A stretch of 64,000 nucleotides of DNA. Origin: Squalus acanthias (Eukaryota). Below the pieces are notes generated by a model. The model did no database searches. It was not told the DNA's origin and worked only from the letters and a program-made list of their open reading frames with translations. Numbering within the stretch: the first letter of the stretch is position 1; the number at the start of each line of letters is the position of its first letter. The DNA is taken from contig CM059434.1 in NCBI GenBank assembly GCA_030390025.1, positions 18,166,001-18,230,000 of the forward strand, in the 5' to 3' direction. The position numbers were made by a program, and so were the translations under genes. Positions 61,536 through 64,000 of the stretch are shown here, piece by piece.

Positions 61536-63636
61536 GTAAGTATAACCTTATACTTGCAAATCACCTTAAATCTAGTACAACATAATATACCCTTGTTATA
61601 GCACACAAATCAGGAAACAGTTAACTGGAGAGAGGGACCTATCAACTTTCCTCTATAATTTGCCTGATTTTTGCCCCATTCTGTACTGCTGTGGGAATAA
61701 TTTTTACTGCAGCATGCCTTAATTACAACATGATAATTTCAGATGAGTATTTCACACTTGGTAGTTCACAGATGTTAAATCATTCCTCAAGGGTGCCGCA
61801 GTATAGTAGGACACAGTTTGGCATGTGGTAACTTTCTAATCTCGGCTGCATCATAGTGTTACGGTGCCAAATGGAAGCCGAGAGCTTTTTTTTCCATCGG
61901 GAAGGAGAGCCATGCCCTTCCTAGGGGCTGCTAATTGAGAAGAATGGGCAGAGAAGGTCCTCTTGGTGGAGAAGTACTAAAGAGTGAAAGGGAAGGGAAT
62001 AAATTTCTGCCTGGGGTGTTGTATGTCGGGCGGTTGTTTTGCGGTTTGTTCTGTTCTGAGTGGTCTAACATCAGAAGGTCAAAGTAACAGTAAATGGAGA
62101 TGAGGAAGAGGATGAAGCTGAGAGTGGTCTTCAGTTTATTGGTTCATACAAAGAATTCTGGGCAGTCTGATCACTTGATGAACTTTTAGAAATATCATTT
62201 TGGATGAAAATCTGTTAAATCATTTTGTAGTATTTAAATCTTACCCACTGAGTAGATTTAATTAGTAACCGTATTGTCAAAACATTTGTTCCTCCAATAA
62301 AGATAATAAAATCAGCGAAGCGCTGATTTATAGGGGCTCGATTTTAACCCCAGGCGAGGCAAATTGTGTGGAGGGGCGAGGGTGGGGGAGACGCAGTGGA
62401 TGGGTCGGTGGTTGGCTGGAAGGTTTTTGTGAGGCCAGGAAGAGCATTCACGTTATCATGTTGGAATGAGGCTCCTGCCACAAGTGGCCGCCCATGCAGA
62501 AGCCCCAGGAAAATGGCGGTGAGCAGTAAGTACTGTCCATGATTTTCAGACCGCTACTGCCCAGTTACCGTCCAGCAGACTGACTTAAAGTCAGCGCCGT
62601 GCTTTCTGGCAGATCAATGTCACCAACGGACAGACTGCTGCAGCTGTTGAATAGGCTTGACCCTTTGTAGACATATCTCAGCGCCGAAACACAGAACAAA
62701 GCAAAGCCAGCATGTTCTTTTTCTTTGCGCCCATGTATTGGTTGGGTAACGGCAGTGTAATTAACTGGACCCTCAACTATAAAACTGTGGAGTTTATGAA
62801 TCCCAGTCTCAATTGAACGCGCATACTTGAGCTTTCTACAAGTACATGTTTGCCAGTCTGGCAAGGAGAGAAGGAAAATAAAACTGGTGTGTGAGGAATC
62901 TAAGTCTACATTGCAAAATGTACCTTATGGCTTCCTGGTGGGCAGGCAACGGCACTATTGATACATCCATAGATGTCCGAAATAATGACATTAAAATCAA
63001 TCCTGGCTTTTAAGAGTTGTGACAATGTGCTACACAATTTTCTCTGAGTTATCCACAAATGCAGGCATTATTAATGTTGTCTTTCATTTAAATGTTGGTG
63101 TTTTCAATTCTTCTTGTTCTATGGATTCTGTTGTAATGTGCTTCTCATTATGACGTGCTTTTTTGGCTGGTTTTCAAATATTCCATATCATGGGGTCTAA
63201 TGCAGTGGGAACTTTAAGAGGATATTTATTTTGTTCGCTTTGGAAAAAATGTAGTAATGCACTGTACCTATGTCCTGATCAGGATTACCAGAAAAGATAG
63301 TTATATCAGTGAAAAATATTTTTAAATCAGACAATAGGGTTGAAGCGTGGTCTACATTAAGAATGCAACTAGCCAATTATAACTGGTCAATGTAATACTC
63401 AAACTTAATTTTTTTTCTCCCAGGTGGCAGGTTACAATGCAAGATGAATCAGTACATTTCTAAAGGAAAATTCTTTTTGTGATGCTCTGGTTTATAAAGT
63501 TGCTGTTTTGAGCAATATTTAACGTGCAGTTAGACTAAAGGCAGTCACGTTATAGACATCGTCACTTTGTATACCATGTGTTGAATCTGGCTTTAATGTA
63601 CTGGTGAATCTCCCGTGGCCTTGCTTATGGTTAGTT

Positions 63637-63795
63637 GGGGGAAATTGTCACCTGCAATTTCCGCAGCGCTCTCCCGCCATAACTTTGGTGGGAGATCGGT
63701 GGAAATCCTGGAGAATGGCCGTTGACGCACTTTATCTCGGATTTCTGCTGATGATCTGCTGAAGTTACGGCAGGAGATTGGCGTAAATTCTACCC
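63637..63795. mobile_element. Short palindromic MITE-like element
   Basis: ccataactttggtgggagatcggtggaaatcc pairs imperfectly with ggatttctgctgatgatctgctgaagttacgg; ends gggggaaatt ... aattctaccc. Confidence 0.55.
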
Positions 63796-64000
63796 TGGTA
63801 CAACTTCTTTGCTGTGCTTGTTGGAACCGGCTGGGAGAGGCTGCAGCGCCACCTCAGGTGCAAGTAAGGAAAGCGGGTGCTGTCTTTGCCATTATCCATT
63901 GATTTGAATGAACTGGGGGCATTACAGTGGGACTCGCTGAAGGATTTTAGTATATTATCAGAAGTGTATAAAATTAATTTAAAAGTATCCGCAGATATTT

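Noticed and set aside
63400-63447. Strong acceptor (ttttttttctcccag) as the next NAV2 exon
   Set aside because: It reads VAGYNAR then stop, not the expected LRSSFKQAF; the next exon must lie beyond the window
1-64000. Prokaryotic-type systems (CRISPR array, operon, defence island)
   Set aside because: The window is a spliced vertebrate gene with LINE/SINE-filled introns; no regularly spaced repeat-spacer array or dense ORF packing is visible

Overview
This is vertebrate genomic DNA, not microbial. The repeat content (CR1/L2 LINE 3' ends, Deu-domain tRNA-SINEs, Penelope and Harbinger-type elements) points to a cartilaginous fish, probably a shark. The window is an internal part of a neuron navigator gene on the + strand; from recalled human NAV1/2/3 sequences it matches NAV2 best. 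I traced 12 GT-AG coding exons (39-506, 3257-3322, 6992-7036, 14826-14986, 16016-16204, 22935-22987, 29452-29475, 30883-30957, 55029-55112, 55611-55722, 58540-58685, 61527-61535). They total 1432 nt and splice into one uninterrupted frame from 'RLFGVKPS' to 'KKKKKKNWVYE'. The gene starts and ends outside the window. The introns are full of transposon remnants, and most ORFs in the supplied track are repeat-derived or spurious. The most notable unexplained signal is a candidate extra exon (internal first exon or in-frame cassette) at about 40391/40448-40651 in the 24-kb intron. Also of note: two microexons (24 nt and 9 nt), an apparent ancient exon duplication, a near-identical inverted LINE pair bracketing three small exons, and nested MITE insertions with visible target-site duplications. 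I see no convincing evidence of a wholly new biological system. Repeat boundaries are approximate and were judged by eye.
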